Origin: Octopus sinensis
Taxonomy: Eukaryota
Direction: 5' to 3'
Length of the DNA stretch: 64,000 nt
NCBI RefSeq assembly: GCF_006345805.1
Contig: NC_043008.1
Location: 12,710,001 to 12,774,000 of the forward strand
The position numbers and the translations under genes are program-made. Positions 1 to 12,898 of this stretch are shown here, in pieces; the stretch's first letter is position 1; every line of letters begins with the position of its first letter. The notes beneath the pieces are model-generated. The model saw only the letters and a list, made by a program, of their open reading frames with translations, was not told the DNA's origin and made no database searches.

Positions 1-177
1 CCCTCTCTCCCTATATATATACATATGTTTGTATATATATATATATATATAATATATATACATATAATTATATGCATGTAATATATATGTGTGTATATTT
101 AGTGCATGCATACGTACATATATATATATATCTATATATATATATCACACACATATATACGTACATATAGTGTTGGC

Positions 178-234
<57 letters not shown>

Positions 235-453
235 AACATTATTGGTGAATTGAAGAAATGGAGCTGAACGCATGTTCTGTTTTTGTTTTTCCAACGGATT
301 TCCTTTTTTCTTCCTGAAGAGAAAGACACAATATGGTCCATTATTCAATCGGATTTTGGTAATTTGTGCCTTTCGAAACACGTGTAGAATGAAATAAAAC
401 GATTTCTGTTCAATCTGCGTTCAGCTCCATTTCTTCAATTCACCAATAATGTT
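235..453 (+). mobile_element. Fold-back element: perfect 38-bp inverted repeats enclosing a hammerhead ribozyme (probable Penelope-like pLTR derivative)
   Basis: AACATTATTGGTGAATTGAAGAAATGGAGCTGAACGCA at 235-272 is the exact reverse complement of 416-453. The unit lies between (TA)n tracts (unique sequence continues to ~603). Confidence 0.75.
306..394 (+). ncRNA. Type I hammerhead ribozyme, canonical core, long stem II
   Basis: Stem I TTC 311-313/GAA 387-389 (extendable); CUGAAGA 314-320; stem II 321-331/364-374 (10 of 11 pairs); GAAA 375-378; palindromic stem III ACACGUGU; GUA cleavage triplet, cut after 386. Confidence 0.85.
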
Positions 454-604
454 TTATTCAATTATCCGCACCAACGCACGGTTGCAACGCCAGATGGTTG
501 TACCTCCAACCGTGCTGTTTACTGCTGTGATTTTTGCTACTAAGGTATCGTTAAACTTTTGATTAATCTACTACAAGATTATTCATCTTTCTATTTCACA
601 TAAT

Positions 605-638
<34 letters not shown>

Positions 639-639
639 G

Positions 640-708
<69 letters not shown>

Positions 709-1065
709 TCGCACACTCATAATTATGTATATGCGTGTATATGTGTAGGAATATGAGCTTGTGTGAGTTTGGCTTTTTTTTTCGTCAGGAGAAACTCTGA
801 GAGTGAAATGTAAAATGTGGTAGGATTTCCACGCTTCTGCCAAACACATAGATTCCATGTCGATATTGGTGTTTATATCACGAATCATATGATTTTGCTC
901 AAATGTATATCGACAGCAAGGAGAGAGTCCACTCTTCGAATATAGTCTTACTAAAAAATGCCATCGTTTGGGACTTGCACACACACAGACACACATACAT
1001 ACACACACACACACACACACAGACACGCTCGCGTAGATATACAATGACTGTATCTAGGTTTAGAT

Positions 1066-1105
<40 letters not shown>

Positions 1106-1166
1106 TGCTTATATGCATGTATATGTACATATATAAATATGTTCATGCATATATGTGAGTGTATGA

Positions 1167-1201
<35 letters not shown>

Positions 1202-1392
1202 GAGGTATGCTTTTTTTTTATATATAAATACAAATATATACATGTGTACATACACAGAGATACACACACATAAACGCACATATGTATATATACAGAGATA
1301 TGTTTATATATATATATATGTATATATGCTTAAATATGCATACGAACTTTCCAATACACGGATATGTGTGTTTATATATATTTAAGTATATA

Positions 1393-1435
<43 letters not shown>

Positions 1436-1583
1436 ATTTATATATATATATACATGTATGTATGTGAGTGTGCGTCACTGTGTTTGTGTGTACACACATG
1501 TACATGCATACATGATACATACATATATACTTATTAACTCAAATACGCAGGCATGCGCATATATTATATGTGTATACATATAA

Positions 1584-1634
<51 letters not shown>

Positions 1635-1739
1635 TAGATAGACAGATAGACAGATAAATAGATAGATAGATAGATAGATAGATAGATGGATGGATGGATG
1701 GATAGATAGATAGATAGACAGATAGACAGATAGATAGAT

Positions 1740-1821
<82 letters not shown>

Positions 1822-1822
1822 G

Positions 1823-1886
<64 letters not shown>

Positions 1887-2382
1887 AAGGAAGATAGATG
1901 GCAGTTCAGAAATTAAATTTCGGTTTTGAGGTGATGTGTGTGAAGAACATAAAGCAGAACAGGAAAGCCAGCGTTCATCAAAGTAGACCAAATTTCATTC
2001 AATCCGCCTTTTCCCAGTTGCACACTTCAAAATCATACGTCAGATATTAGGAGTTGCAATAATTTATACTTTGTTAAGATTATAAATGTCATGCTTCCTA
2101 AACGTACGTTTATTTATGTACGATCTAATATATAAGATGAAATCTATAAAGCATTGTTTGAATGTATACATATGTTCTGATATGAGCTTGCTTCGCTCCG
2201 TTTTTCTATAAGTTTACCGGTTAACATTTCTACCTGCCAGTTTCTATTGGTGTATATTAAAGAACGAAATGAATGTCTTATAACATAGCAATACATTCAT
2301 CTCTAAGTTTCTTATATTGAAGCAGTATTACAAATTCAATTCTTGTTGCTACGGCAGTTATTATTATTGTCATTGTGAAAGA

Positions 2383-2541
2383 AGTGAACTGACAGAAACC
2401 TTAGCAACTCCGGGTAATATGCTCAGAAGCGTTTCGTCTTTTTGTTACGTCTGAATTAAAATTCCGTCAAGATCGGATTTTCCTTTTATCCTTTCGTGAT
2501 CGATAAAATAAGTACCAGTTGAGTACTGGATCGATGCAATC
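2383..2541 (+). mobile_element. Degenerate SINE family B
   Basis: Diverged match to intact copies at 50562-50770 (TCCTTTCG..GTCGATAAA.TAAGTACCAGTTG motif). Confidence 0.55.
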
Positions 2542-2549
2542 AGCTGGTG

Positions 2550-2730
2550 ATCAGAGATGCACATATCGCCAGTTACTAAGGGACATGCTCAACTGACTAC
2601 GGTCAAAAAATGACAAGCAAATGTGTGTGGTATTGAGCAGAATATTTGCTGTAAGCAATCTTTTATACAAAGACAAAGCAATGTACATGAAAAATCTTCC
2701 AATGAAGTTAAGGTTAGAAGCCATGGAAAA
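2550..2730 (-). mobile_element. Fragment of non-coding repeat family G (5' part)
   Basis: Aligns by eye with 47007-47190 (AGATGYACATATCGYCAG..ACTAAG...ATGACAAGCAAAT.TGTG.TATTGAGCAGAAT). Confidence 0.6.
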
Positions 2731-4360
2731 CATATCTGTGTTAGATATAATTTTCTCTGCAGATGACTTGGATATTTTATTTCAGATTTTGTATGGTCGC
2801 TCTTATTTATTATAAAGGAATTTCCTAGCTTTGGAAATATGCTTCTTGAGGTGTTTTAATGTATGTCACACATTCTAATTTTCCAGGACAGGTAATGTTT
2901 CTTGTGAATGCCAAAGACATTTTGCATTAAGAAACTGAATTATTTAGTGTTGACTAACATTCGATGCCTTGGTACAATATGGCGTATCATTTCAGAAATA
3001 GATATCACCAGTGACATTTACCACTTACTTACAAGAATTGTAGATACTAATGTTATCATTTTGCATCGAAATGAATTAGATATATCATGGAAAACTTAAC
3101 TTTAAATCTTACTTGTCTGAAAGTTGCTCATGCATTCTAAATATCGTGGCACTTACCGACTCGCTTTAAATATTTCGACGTATTCGTGATCCATACGCGG
3201 CTCGCAAGTCGGTTCCGGCAGATTGGTTGAAATTGTCGGGTCTTTCATTTATAATTTATAATTCGTTTTTAACTTGAAACTCGAAGGAGTTAAAGCTATA
3301 AATAATACCTCATTCGACAATTTGAAAAGTAAGGAAAGCTTGTTGTTTACATCAGTTTTATGCATTATATTTTCTCAAGGGCGTCGACAAGTAGGTTTTG
3401 AGTGAACGTGGTAGGCGGAAACTGTGTGGAAGCCTCTTGTGTGTGCATGTGTGTTTGTGAGTTATATGTGTGTGTGTGTGTGTATAAGTGTGTGTGAGTT
3501 ATATATGTGTGTGTATGAGTGTGTGTGTGTATGAGTGTGTGTGTGTATGAGTGTGTGTGTATGAGTGTGTGTGTGTGTGTGTGTGTGTGAGTGTGTGTAA
3601 CGCTATTGAGCTAAAATTGTTTTAGATAGAAAATGTCGAAGGCTGCCCGTTTGTCTAATACACACACATATAAACATAACTGACTTTCTAACATTTGACT
3701 GAAGCAATCCTTCGAATTTCTCTTTCGAATTTGGAAGCTCTGTTCTTAAAACGAAAATTCTAAGCTGTTTACGTCGTACAAATGTAGAGTCTTTAAACTT
3801 ATGACGTAAACAACACAGTTTATAATATCGGAACTATAGATATTCATTTCAGCGAACCTAGAGATAACGGCTTTGCTTGTAGCAGTCCTCAGGGTATGAC
3901 ACATTGATAAGCATATTGCTAAAAGGTCATGCGGAATAAGAATACATTTTTTTTTTATCAAGCTCCATCTCCTTAATCACCTAAAAATATTGTCATCTTA
4001 AATATGTCTTCCTGTCTATACTTTTCTTTGTCGTCTGTGTTCTTAATGTTGTGGAAGATGTATATTGATTCTAAATATAAAGATTGTTGTATATGACGTT
4101 CTGTAGTGTTGCTGACAAAAAGAGGATTTGTGTTGAGATATAGAAGTCTGTTGTCGATGTAAATTATGTTATAGAGCTACTTTAGTTAGGTTGAACTGTC
4201 GAACTGCATTGTACAGAAGAAAGATCGGTCAATGTGATTGTGACGTCATCTCCTTATAAGGTTTTCTGTGTGTTTTGTGGTGGTTGTAGTCAGGGTGTTT
4301 AGGCAGAAGTTGGAAAGCGTATTATGAGACCATAAAGGGCCAATGTTTAAAGGTACATAA

Positions 4361-4572
4361 GGTAGTGAACTGGCCGAATTATTAGCATACCGGACAAAAT
4401 GCTTAGCTGCATTTCATCCGTCTTTACGCCCTGAGTTCAAATGCTGCCGAGATCGATTGTGACGTTCATCCTATCGTGGTCGATAAAACAAGTACCAGTT
4501 GAACAGAGGGGTTCATGTAATCGATTGATACTGTCCCCTAGTATTGCTGGTCTCGTGCTAAAACTTGAAACC
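4361..4572 (+). mobile_element. SINE family B, diverged
   Basis: tRNA-like head (GAACTGGCCGAATTATTAGC...GAGTTCAAAT) plus family B body and tail. Confidence 0.6.
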
Positions 4573-4937
4573 AATATTTAAAGGTGCACGAAACCTCACG
4601 TCCTTCTAATATTGCAATGGGCATTCGAGGTTGTTGTTCATATTTTATATCAAGGATTGCAACCTTTAGGGAAATATTTTGCTACTTCACTTACCATTTG
4701 TATAACAGTGTTTACACGTGTAGTGAGAGATGTTCGTGAAAACAGTGATTACTTCAGGCCCTAAATGGTGAGGTGTATGTTTGTGATTTCACTTAATCCT
4801 AATGCTTTTGACCATTTTGTATTTCTCTATTGATATTTAAGTGTCTGATGAAAGGAAGGAACCAATCATAATCTCAGTGGAAAGTGCACCGTTTTCGTTC
4901 TTTGTCCTCGTTCTCTTCTTGTGATTGTTACTGATTT

Positions 4938-5507
4938 TATTGGGTTGTCCGGAAAGTTCTTGCCGATTCTTAAAAGTAAGAAAAAGGTCAATAAATACTT
5001 GCCATTACATTTTTAATCAACCAAATATGAACCATTTTGTTGCACAAAGCGTTTCCATCTTTCCTTTAACTTGAAAATACCCTCTTCCCAGAATTCAGGT
5101 GGTTTCATGGCAAGAATTCATCAACGTATCATTTTACGTCATCGAAGGAATTGAAATTTTTACCATTAAGACTTATTCTGCAGAGACCTGAATGAGTGGA
5201 AATCCGAAGGAGGAATATCTGGTGAATATGGAGGGTGGGGTAACACATCCCAGCCAAGCTGCAGCAATTTTTGTCTGGTTTCCAAAGCATCAAGTGCCGA
5301 AAATGAACTTTCCTATCTTCCATTTTAAAGGGTTACAGAATTAACACAGGTTATAGGAACATAAACCTTCTTCCACGAAAAGATAGCTTAAACTGTGTTA
5401 TAAATGGAGCTGTAGTCAAATCCTATTTTATGGACTCAACCATGTTCGAAAATAAGTCGAAATGTAAGCTACTATAAAACGGCACGAACTTTCCGGACAA
5501 CCCAATA
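4938..5507 (-). mobile_element. Internally deleted mariner transposon with both TIRs
   Basis: TIR TATTGGGTTGTCCGGAAAGTTC at 4938 and its reverse complement ending at 5507, with TA at both ends. Minus strand gives [13 protein letters not shown] fused to [34 protein letters not shown]...WEEGIFKLKERWKRFVQQNGSYLVD* (YSPDL-like motif). Confidence 0.92.
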
Positions 5508-6090
5508 TTTCGAGATATGTTTCATAAAGGTGGTGTCACATTACGGATACATAAAATGAGGCTGTTATTGAAACATAGTGTAAGATTCAGTAGCATTGTT
5601 CTTTCTGAGGCTGCTACATATTCTCTTCTCTGTCTTCTATTGACTTTGTAGTCTGCCTTGAATAATAATATTTGGCTGTTCTTCCGAAGAGTTATCGTTG
5701 GCTCAACTATCCGAAGCTAATCTATCAATATCATTACAGATGTGGATATATATATATAATATATTTTGTTCTAATTATTAAGGAATTCGCATTTGTTATC
5801 AGCCACAATGTTTTAATACACTGGTGTAACTTCTTTGCATCATTTTAGCTCATTCCATACACAACACTATAGCCATTTGGTATGACTATATCGATTATTA
5901 TAGTCGTGTCATTTATATTATGGAAAATGATGCCAAGCCTATTATGTGATATCTGGCATTCCATCTCAATACTAAACTTCCATTGGTTCTTCGCAATGAC
6001 ATTTTCCATGGCGGGTGGATATTCATCTCACCAATTCTTCTCTACATCATCATCATCATCATTATTATATTATTATTATTATTATTATTA

Positions 6091-6125
<35 letters not shown>

Positions 6126-7422
6126 TATTATTATTATTATTATTATTATTATCATTATTATTATTGCAAAATTTAATTTCACAACGGAACCAAGTTGCAT
6201 TCATCATGGTTTGTGAATTTCTTTCTCTATTGCCATTTCCTTACGTAATGCTTTTGCAGTGTCTGGTAATGGTAATTCATACTTATCATACATATTACTC
6301 TTATTACGTAATGGACTTCGACGTTGGTGTATATGCAGGACTTCCGTCGTTCACTGATCAACTGCACGCATATGTACAGGCCTGGGAAAGATTTATGAGA
6401 TGAGGACAAGCCTCCTCTCTCTACACCGTTGGTGTTTATTCAAAGGAACGCCTGTCGTCTTCCACTTAGAGTTAATGGCTTTGCTTCTGTTGTCCTTTTC
6501 ACGTTTGTTTTATTGATAAGCGTAATGCTAGAAGTGTTTGCAGAACAAGAAGACCTTTCATGATCAAAATCCATTTCTTTAATCCTCTAAAATTATAGTT
6601 ATCATAAATATGTCTTCCCGTTTTTTGCTTTACCTTGCAAGTTTCCTTACTCGATTCTCGAATAGAGCCCTTAATCTATTGCTCGTGATTGCTCCCTTTT
6701 AAAATTTTTTTTAAGCATCGTATGTGTGAAAGACAAAATTCCCTTCATGGGGATTACAACTCAGATGTCAACCAATTATAACAGGATGAGAGTTCAGGAA
6801 TACTGGAGGGGTGTCTAGTCTTATCTTGTCACATACAAGTCGAAGAAAAGGGACCAAAAATCCGGCTGTCTTCAATAACAATAAATAGTACTTTAGTCTT
6901 CGGGTTCACAGGTAAAATATAGACATATATATTTCTTGTGGGGAAACCGGCAGCCGAGTCCACAGGACTGTTTACAATTTTCCCTCAGGCGAGCCAAGAA
7001 GATACGGGGTTCGTTCCCGCTTCGAAGAGAACGAATAACACGTGGAATTCTGTCTAACATACGAAATCTTCTGCCAGTTCGCTACAGTCCATACATGTAT
7101 ACATATATGGAAACATACATACACAGAACTATACATACATATAGGAAAACACACACACATAGAACTAAACTACATACATACATGCAAGCATACACCGGCT
7201 CTCACTAAAGACCAAAATAGTATTTTGTGTGTGTGTGTCTGTGTGTTTTTTTTTTGCCGTGCGTCTATGTCTATCGATATATGCTTGTGTATAGTGTGCA
7301 GAAGGGTCTATTATTGAAGCTGTCTCCATCTGAAGCGCATCTGTATATTCCAGTACGAATGCAGAAGTTGTAGTTTCAATGAGAAGTCATAAACGGAAGT
7401 TTTGAAGTTGAAATTCTGTTGT

Positions 7423-7693
7423 ATAGGCGTAGGAGTGGCTGTGTGGTAAGTAGCTTGCTTACGAACCACATGGTTCCGGGTTCAGTCCCACTGTGTGGCA
7501 CCTTGGGCAAGTGTCTTTTGCTATAGCCTCGGGCCGACCAAAGCCTTGTGAGTGGATTTGGTAGATGGAAACTGAAAGAAGCCCGTCGTATACATGTATA
7601 TTTATGTGTGTGCGTTTGTGTGTCTGTGTTTGTCCCCCACCAAATCGTTTGACAACCGATGGTGGTGTGTTTACGTCCCCGTAACTCAGTGGT
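7423..7693 (+). mobile_element. tRNA-derived CORE-like SINE family A, 3'-truncated
   Basis: Head ATAGGCGTAGGAGTGGCTGTGTGGTAAG..GGTTCAGTCCC and CORE-like CCTTGGGCAAGTGTC, shared with 41212-41626. Confidence 0.85.
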
Positions 7694-7694
7694 T

Positions 7695-8023
7695 ACACTT
7701 GTACACTTGTGTGCCGCTCATACACTCCTCTTCGAACACTTTCTGCAACATTGCGTAGGCCTCTGAGCAGGTATCACCAACCTTTTGGTAAAACGTGATG
7801 CAAATTCTCTACTCAACTTTCTCTCTCATGGTCGATGCGACGATCACACGCTACACACCTTCCTTCGATGCACTGCAGTAACCAGCGGTAGCACGCTAGA
7901 ACGTTAACTCTTAGAGCGAATGCACAGCAGTGTTGCAGGTCAATCTGTACCAAGCGGCTTTACTCTGCGTGCTTTAGCTTCGTTACTGTGACCAGCCCGG
8001 ATACTTCCTGATCAGACCATGTA
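7695..8023 (-). mobile_element. Mariner 5' fragment (TIR, UTR and start of transposase)
   Basis: Minus strand begins TACATGGTCTGATCAGGAAGTATCCGG. ATG at 7829 gives MREKVE*RICITFYQKVGDTCSEAYAMLQKVFEEECMSGTQVYK, a typical mariner HTH N-terminus with one stop. Confidence 0.8.
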
Positions 8024-8663
8024 TAATAACTTCATACTGATATCACAGAAAGAGGGGCTCTTAAACTGTGACTTACAGGTTCTCTACGTGTATATAACTA
8101 TTATGAATATATTATATTTATAATATTATTATAATAATTTATACTCATAATGTATTTCATATACTATAAATGAAAGGCGTAACACGGGTTTTAAAATGTT
8201 TCCTGTCTTTCTATCAATATTTATATAAAGTATGCTAACTTAGCTCTTGCTTTTCACGAGGATGATGTGTCTGAGTAATTAAAGACACTATTTTATTTTG
8301 TTTTAATTAGCTTTTATAATAGACACTATTTACGTACCAATCTTGAAATTCTCAATATCTCTTATTTCACATCCCGAGGGTTGTGTCGTGACTCTGTGAT
8401 ATTAGCAAATTTCATGAGTTCTTTGTTAAGAGATGTTTTCGATCATTTTGAGTGATATGCACATACATACATACATAAATATATACATACACACATACAT
8501 ACATACACACACATATACACAGACATGTATATATATGTATATATGTGTGCGTTTATACGTACATATATTTCTATTTGTATCTGTGTGTGTGGATGTATAT
8601 CTGTATACGTATAGATGCATGCACACTCACACATATATGTGTCTATTTCGTAAGAAGATTCTT

Positions 8664-8795
8664 TCCCAACCACATGGTTCTGGGTTCGGCCTCACTACGT
8701 GGCACTTTGATCTAGTGTTTTCTACTATACCCTCGGGCCGACCAAAGTTTTGACGATGGAGTTGGTATACGGATACTGAAAGAAGCCCATCACAT
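8664..8795 (+). mobile_element. SINE family A, partial
   Basis: AACCACATGGTTCTGGGTTC...CGGGCCGACCAAAG...CTGAAAGAAGCCC. Confidence 0.75.
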
Positions 8796-8886
8796 ATATA
8801 CATATATATATGTGTGTATATATATATGTGTGTGTATATATATATAGATATAGATATAGATATAGATAGATAGATAGATAGAAGAA

Positions 8887-9045
8887 GAGTTCTTTCAGTT
8901 TCTGTCTACCAAATCCTCTCACAAGTCTTTGCTCGGCCCCAAGCTATAATAGAAGACACAGCCCCAGGGTGCCACGCAGTGGGATTCAATCAGAGACCAT
9001 GTGGTTGCGAAGCAAACTTCATGCCTCACTGCCACGCCTGCGCCT
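8887..9045 (-). mobile_element. SINE family A, 5' half
   Basis: Reverse complement of the family A head and core. Confidence 0.75.
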
Positions 9046-9723
9046 CTGTGCATAAATCCATTTGTGATCACAGAGAAAATATCGTATGGGCAATTTGGCC
9101 AAATTTAATTTTAGTACAACCAACCATCAAAAATATTTACTTTGAAATCGATATCCATATTCACTAATTATAATATTTTAACAAAAAAATATCCTCACAT
9201 AATTTTGAATTGACATTTTCTATCCTCAAAATGAAAAATACTTCGTTTAGATTTGCATAGAAATTTATGAAGAAAAAGAATGGTTGCCGCTTAAGACATG
9301 CTTGTGGTACTCAATAGAAATACTCAGTAAAATACTAAAAGTGGATTTGGGGACTTGACACAAGATTTGGGGACTTGATTTATGTGTTTATTTTGCTTAT
9401 AAATCCGCTAAGTATACACAGTTAATATCGATCATGTTCAGCATCTCTGGCCTTTGAGGCTCTTCCATCAATTAAGATACCACGTCTCAGTATTGTTTTT
9501 ATGAGACGTATAATATTCTCTCCGCTATTGACGTGTCTCTGGACTAAATACTAATAATTAATCACCTATTAATTAAAAGGAGCCTATAATAATATCATCT
9601 AAGAATTTTTTTGTTAGGGCAGCTAAATATTGGTTTCGGCAACTAGCAAATTAGCTCGTTGCAATATTCACTCTAATATATGTAATTATAACTTAATTAA
9701 CCATATGAATGCTATGATTACAC

Positions 9724-10034
9724 TGGCATTTCGTCGGTTGTGATGACAAGGGTTTTAATGGATCCTATAAAGGGAACAGTCTGCTTCTGGAATTAACGTG
9801 CAAGTCGCTGAGCACTCCACAGACATATGTACCCTTATTGTTGTTCTCAAACAGTCACAGCGTGACACAGAAGGTAAAACAAAGCTGGCCCTTTGAAATA
9901 CAGGTACTATTCATTTTCTCATTTGAGTAAACTGAAGCAACGTGAAATAAAGTGTCTTGATCAAGGGCACAACATCCCACTAGATATCGAACCCATGAGC
10001 CGAAATCCCTAACCACTTAGCCACGCACCTTCAC
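9724..10034 (-). mobile_element. tRNA-derived SINE related to family C (shared central domain, different tail)
   Basis: Shares GAGT.AACTG.AGCAACGTGAAAT.AAGTGT.TTG.TCAAG and CCCTAACCACT.AGCCACGC.CCT with 33210-33343. Confidence 0.55.
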
Positions 10035-11167
10035 TATGACTGCATTCGTAATCACTTGGCTGATTAAATCAAATGATTTGTTTCACATACACTTAGTTCT
10101 CTTTACATATAAAATTATATGATCGATGTCAGAAATATGCCTACATATTTTGAGTCTTACTTTCAGATACAACTAGTTTGCATAATTTATGACGTTAGTT
10201 AATCGCATTTCCCTACCTTTAACTCTCCGAACTTGTGGCTAAGTAACCAATATTATTGATGGTAATTCTTTCTTGAAATGTTACTGTTTAGTTAATGTGC
10301 TGCTGAAGTGTTCCTATTTTAACAGACTAAGTGTTATGGCGTAGAAGCTAATACCAGATGAGCTGTATTTAACTTGCAACGGAAACACCATCTTTCTTAA
10401 CGGTAATATCCTACGGGGAAAATATTTTAGTTGAAATTTCCTATAACTCTTCTCATATTAGTACAGTCCATTCCATGTAGAAGCATAAATATGTCTTGGG
10501 AATTAATTATAATTTCCGATATGGTTGACTCTCGAACGTATTTTTATTATAGGAAAATGGTATTCTTTACGTGTGTTAGTAGTAAATTCTCCAACATGGA
10601 GAAAATCTAATCGATTCTTTTGCTTAAATGGCATAGAGAGAGAAACAGAGAGAAAGAGAGTGGTGTGTGAGAGAGAGAGAAAGGGGTTAATAGTTAACAT
10701 TTACTGTTTCTAGGGGTTCGTGTTAGTTTATATACGGCTGTGTCGAAAAGTATGACATATCGTGTTTAGTAGGTAATTATAATACTATCGATTACACATC
10801 GTGTTTCAGTATGGTTCATATAACATTCCAAACAAATAATTTTTTTCGCCTCTTCATTTTGTTCTGTCGCGATCGTTTCAGACGTGTTGAAATCACCAGG
10901 AAGTTTTAATTTCAAATACAACAGATTCATTGTAACGACGCTTCGACTGCCCGCAGAGAAGGGATATAAATTCTAATTTCACAAATACACAACTATTGTA
11001 ACTTGTCAAAATGGAACAAATTCTTATTTTAAAGTATAATTATTCTTCTATATACTTCTAGAGAGGCAGGTTTTGTCTCGTGAAAGTTTCAAGAAAAGGT
11101 GGTTGACTGTAGCAAAGATGGTGCGTGCGAGCGGCGAAACCACTGTGAACATAAATCCTGTAAATCG

Positions 11168-11237
<70 letters not shown>

Positions 11238-11384
11238 ACTTTGCTCTCATGTGTTTATTCATTCTCTGCCTGAGGTTACCGTGGTCTTTTCCGTAGGCTT
11301 TTCTTTCCACGGATAAACCTAATCTTGCTTTTTACATTTTAAACATTTCTTCTGTGATACATGATCTCTTTTAATCGCCTTTTC

Positions 11385-11517
11385 TCTTCCCGACCCTTTT
11401 GATCGGAATTTTACTTTTTTCTGTTTTTTTCCCTCTTTCTTTTTCACCTTCGAAAAGAAAAGGTCTACATTTGTATTTGTCCTCTCTGTGTTCAGTCCTA
11501 TGTGGCCAATAAAGAAA
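11385..11517 (+). mobile_element. Repeat family F (retroposon 3' end) followed by (TATC)n
   Basis: Homologous to 63013-63124 and to the reverse complement of 58716-58800; ends GTGGCCAATAAAGAAA. Confidence 0.65.
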
Positions 11518-11518
11518 G

Positions 11519-11602
<84 letters not shown>

Positions 11603-11835
11603 TTATCTATCTATCTATTTGTCTGTCTGTATGTCTGTCTATCCACATGCGTATACATATATACATACCTGAAGAGGTAACTTCCTTCTACGAACCTACG
11701 AAACTCTAATTCTTTTAGATTCGAGTCAAACTACTATTAAATAATACACACACACATATATATATGTATTTGTATTTATATATGTATAGCTATGGTGTGT
11801 GTGTATATAATGTTATATATAATATGTATATATAT

Positions 11836-11893
<58 letters not shown>

Positions 11894-11997
11894 ACTATAT
11901 ACACATATATACTCATACTGCATACATGTACGTATATATATATAAAAATTAAAGAAGAAAACTTAACATACTTTACATAGCTTTAATATATTGTGTT

Positions 11998-12030
11998 TGT
12001 CGACCGGTTTCGCTTTCGCTAATCATGACA
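11998..12030 (-). ncRNA. 33-nt minimal hammerhead ribozyme, A3-U8 core variant
   Basis: Minus strand reads TGTC ATGATTA GC-GAAA-GC GAA ACCGGT C GACA: 4-bp stem I, 2-bp stem II with GAAA tetraloop, palindromic stem III and GUC triplet. Lies in a short segment flanked by (TA)n. Confidence 0.8.
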
Positions 12031-12297
12031 TTAAAATTTATTTAAATACCTATTTTCTTTAGACATTTTTTTTGCATATATATATATATATACTGAGATA
12101 GAGAGGAGGACCATATATCCGGTCTTAATAGTGACAGAGTTCAATACAAAAGTCATCTACAGGCCAAAATTTTGTCAGGGGAGATACACAGATTTCAATG
12201 AACAAAAGTATAGATGTTGCATCAATATTAACGATACTATAAATGCAATATGGTGAACTCTGTGCAACAAATATTTGAAATCACAAGGTGAATATAA

Positions 12298-12450
12298 GTG
12301 CAGGTATGCCACGTGGTAAGAAATTTGCTTCCCAATGTCATTATCACGCGTTCACTCCCACTGCGAGGCACCTTGGTCAGCAGGATTCTACTATAGAACG
12401 GGCAGACAGGAGCCTTGTGAATGGATTGAATAGGCAGAAAGAAACCTGTC
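12298..12450 (+). mobile_element. SINE family A, degenerate 5' half
   Basis: GTGGTAAGAAATTTGCTTCCC...CCCACTGCGAGGCACCTTGG...GCCTTGTGAATGGATT. Confidence 0.6.
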
Positions 12451-12465
12451 ATATACATATATACG

Positions 12466-12497
<32 letters not shown>

Positions 12498-12750
12498 CAT
12501 ATATATACATATATTTACATATACTTATCTATCTCTATCTATCTATATATATATACATACATATACACGCATTCACACACACATATATACATATTGATCA
12601 TCTACCCGATGCTAATGGATACTACGAACTATACTGTAATCAGCTCAGGAATACAAATTGTGATCTTAAGAGACACGTGACTCGTAAAAACGCGCGTAGC
12701 GACACATTAAAATTTTATAAATTCCCTACAAGGATTGTTGTTATAATTAC

Positions 12751-12826
<76 letters not shown>

Positions 12827-12898
12827 GTGTATATTATATATAATATATATGTGTGCTGTGGGTGTGTATATATATTAAAATTATAGACATTTGTGTCT

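Noticed and set aside
2882-2891. TTTTCCAG|GACAG|GTAATG, a possible 5-nt microexon
   Set aside because: Such a short pattern is expected by chance and there is no gene context.
3317-3346. ACAAT-UUGAAAA-GTAAG-GAAAGCUU-GTTGT, a U3-A8 hammerhead-like string
   Set aside because: Stem I and the palindromic stem III fit, but there is no stem II, so chance cannot be excluded.
4020-4330. Minus-strand peptides faintly resembling an APE or GIY-YIG endonuclease
   Set aside because: The assignments conflict and no catalytic motif is intact.
9345-9381. Short direct repeat GATTTGGGGACTTGA x2
   Set aside because: Only two units; a simple local duplication, not a CRISPR-like array.
12655-12706. CTTAAGA...AAAACGCGCGTA-GCGACAC, a possible old hammerhead
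   Set aside because: G5 and G12 are altered and stems I and II pair poorly.
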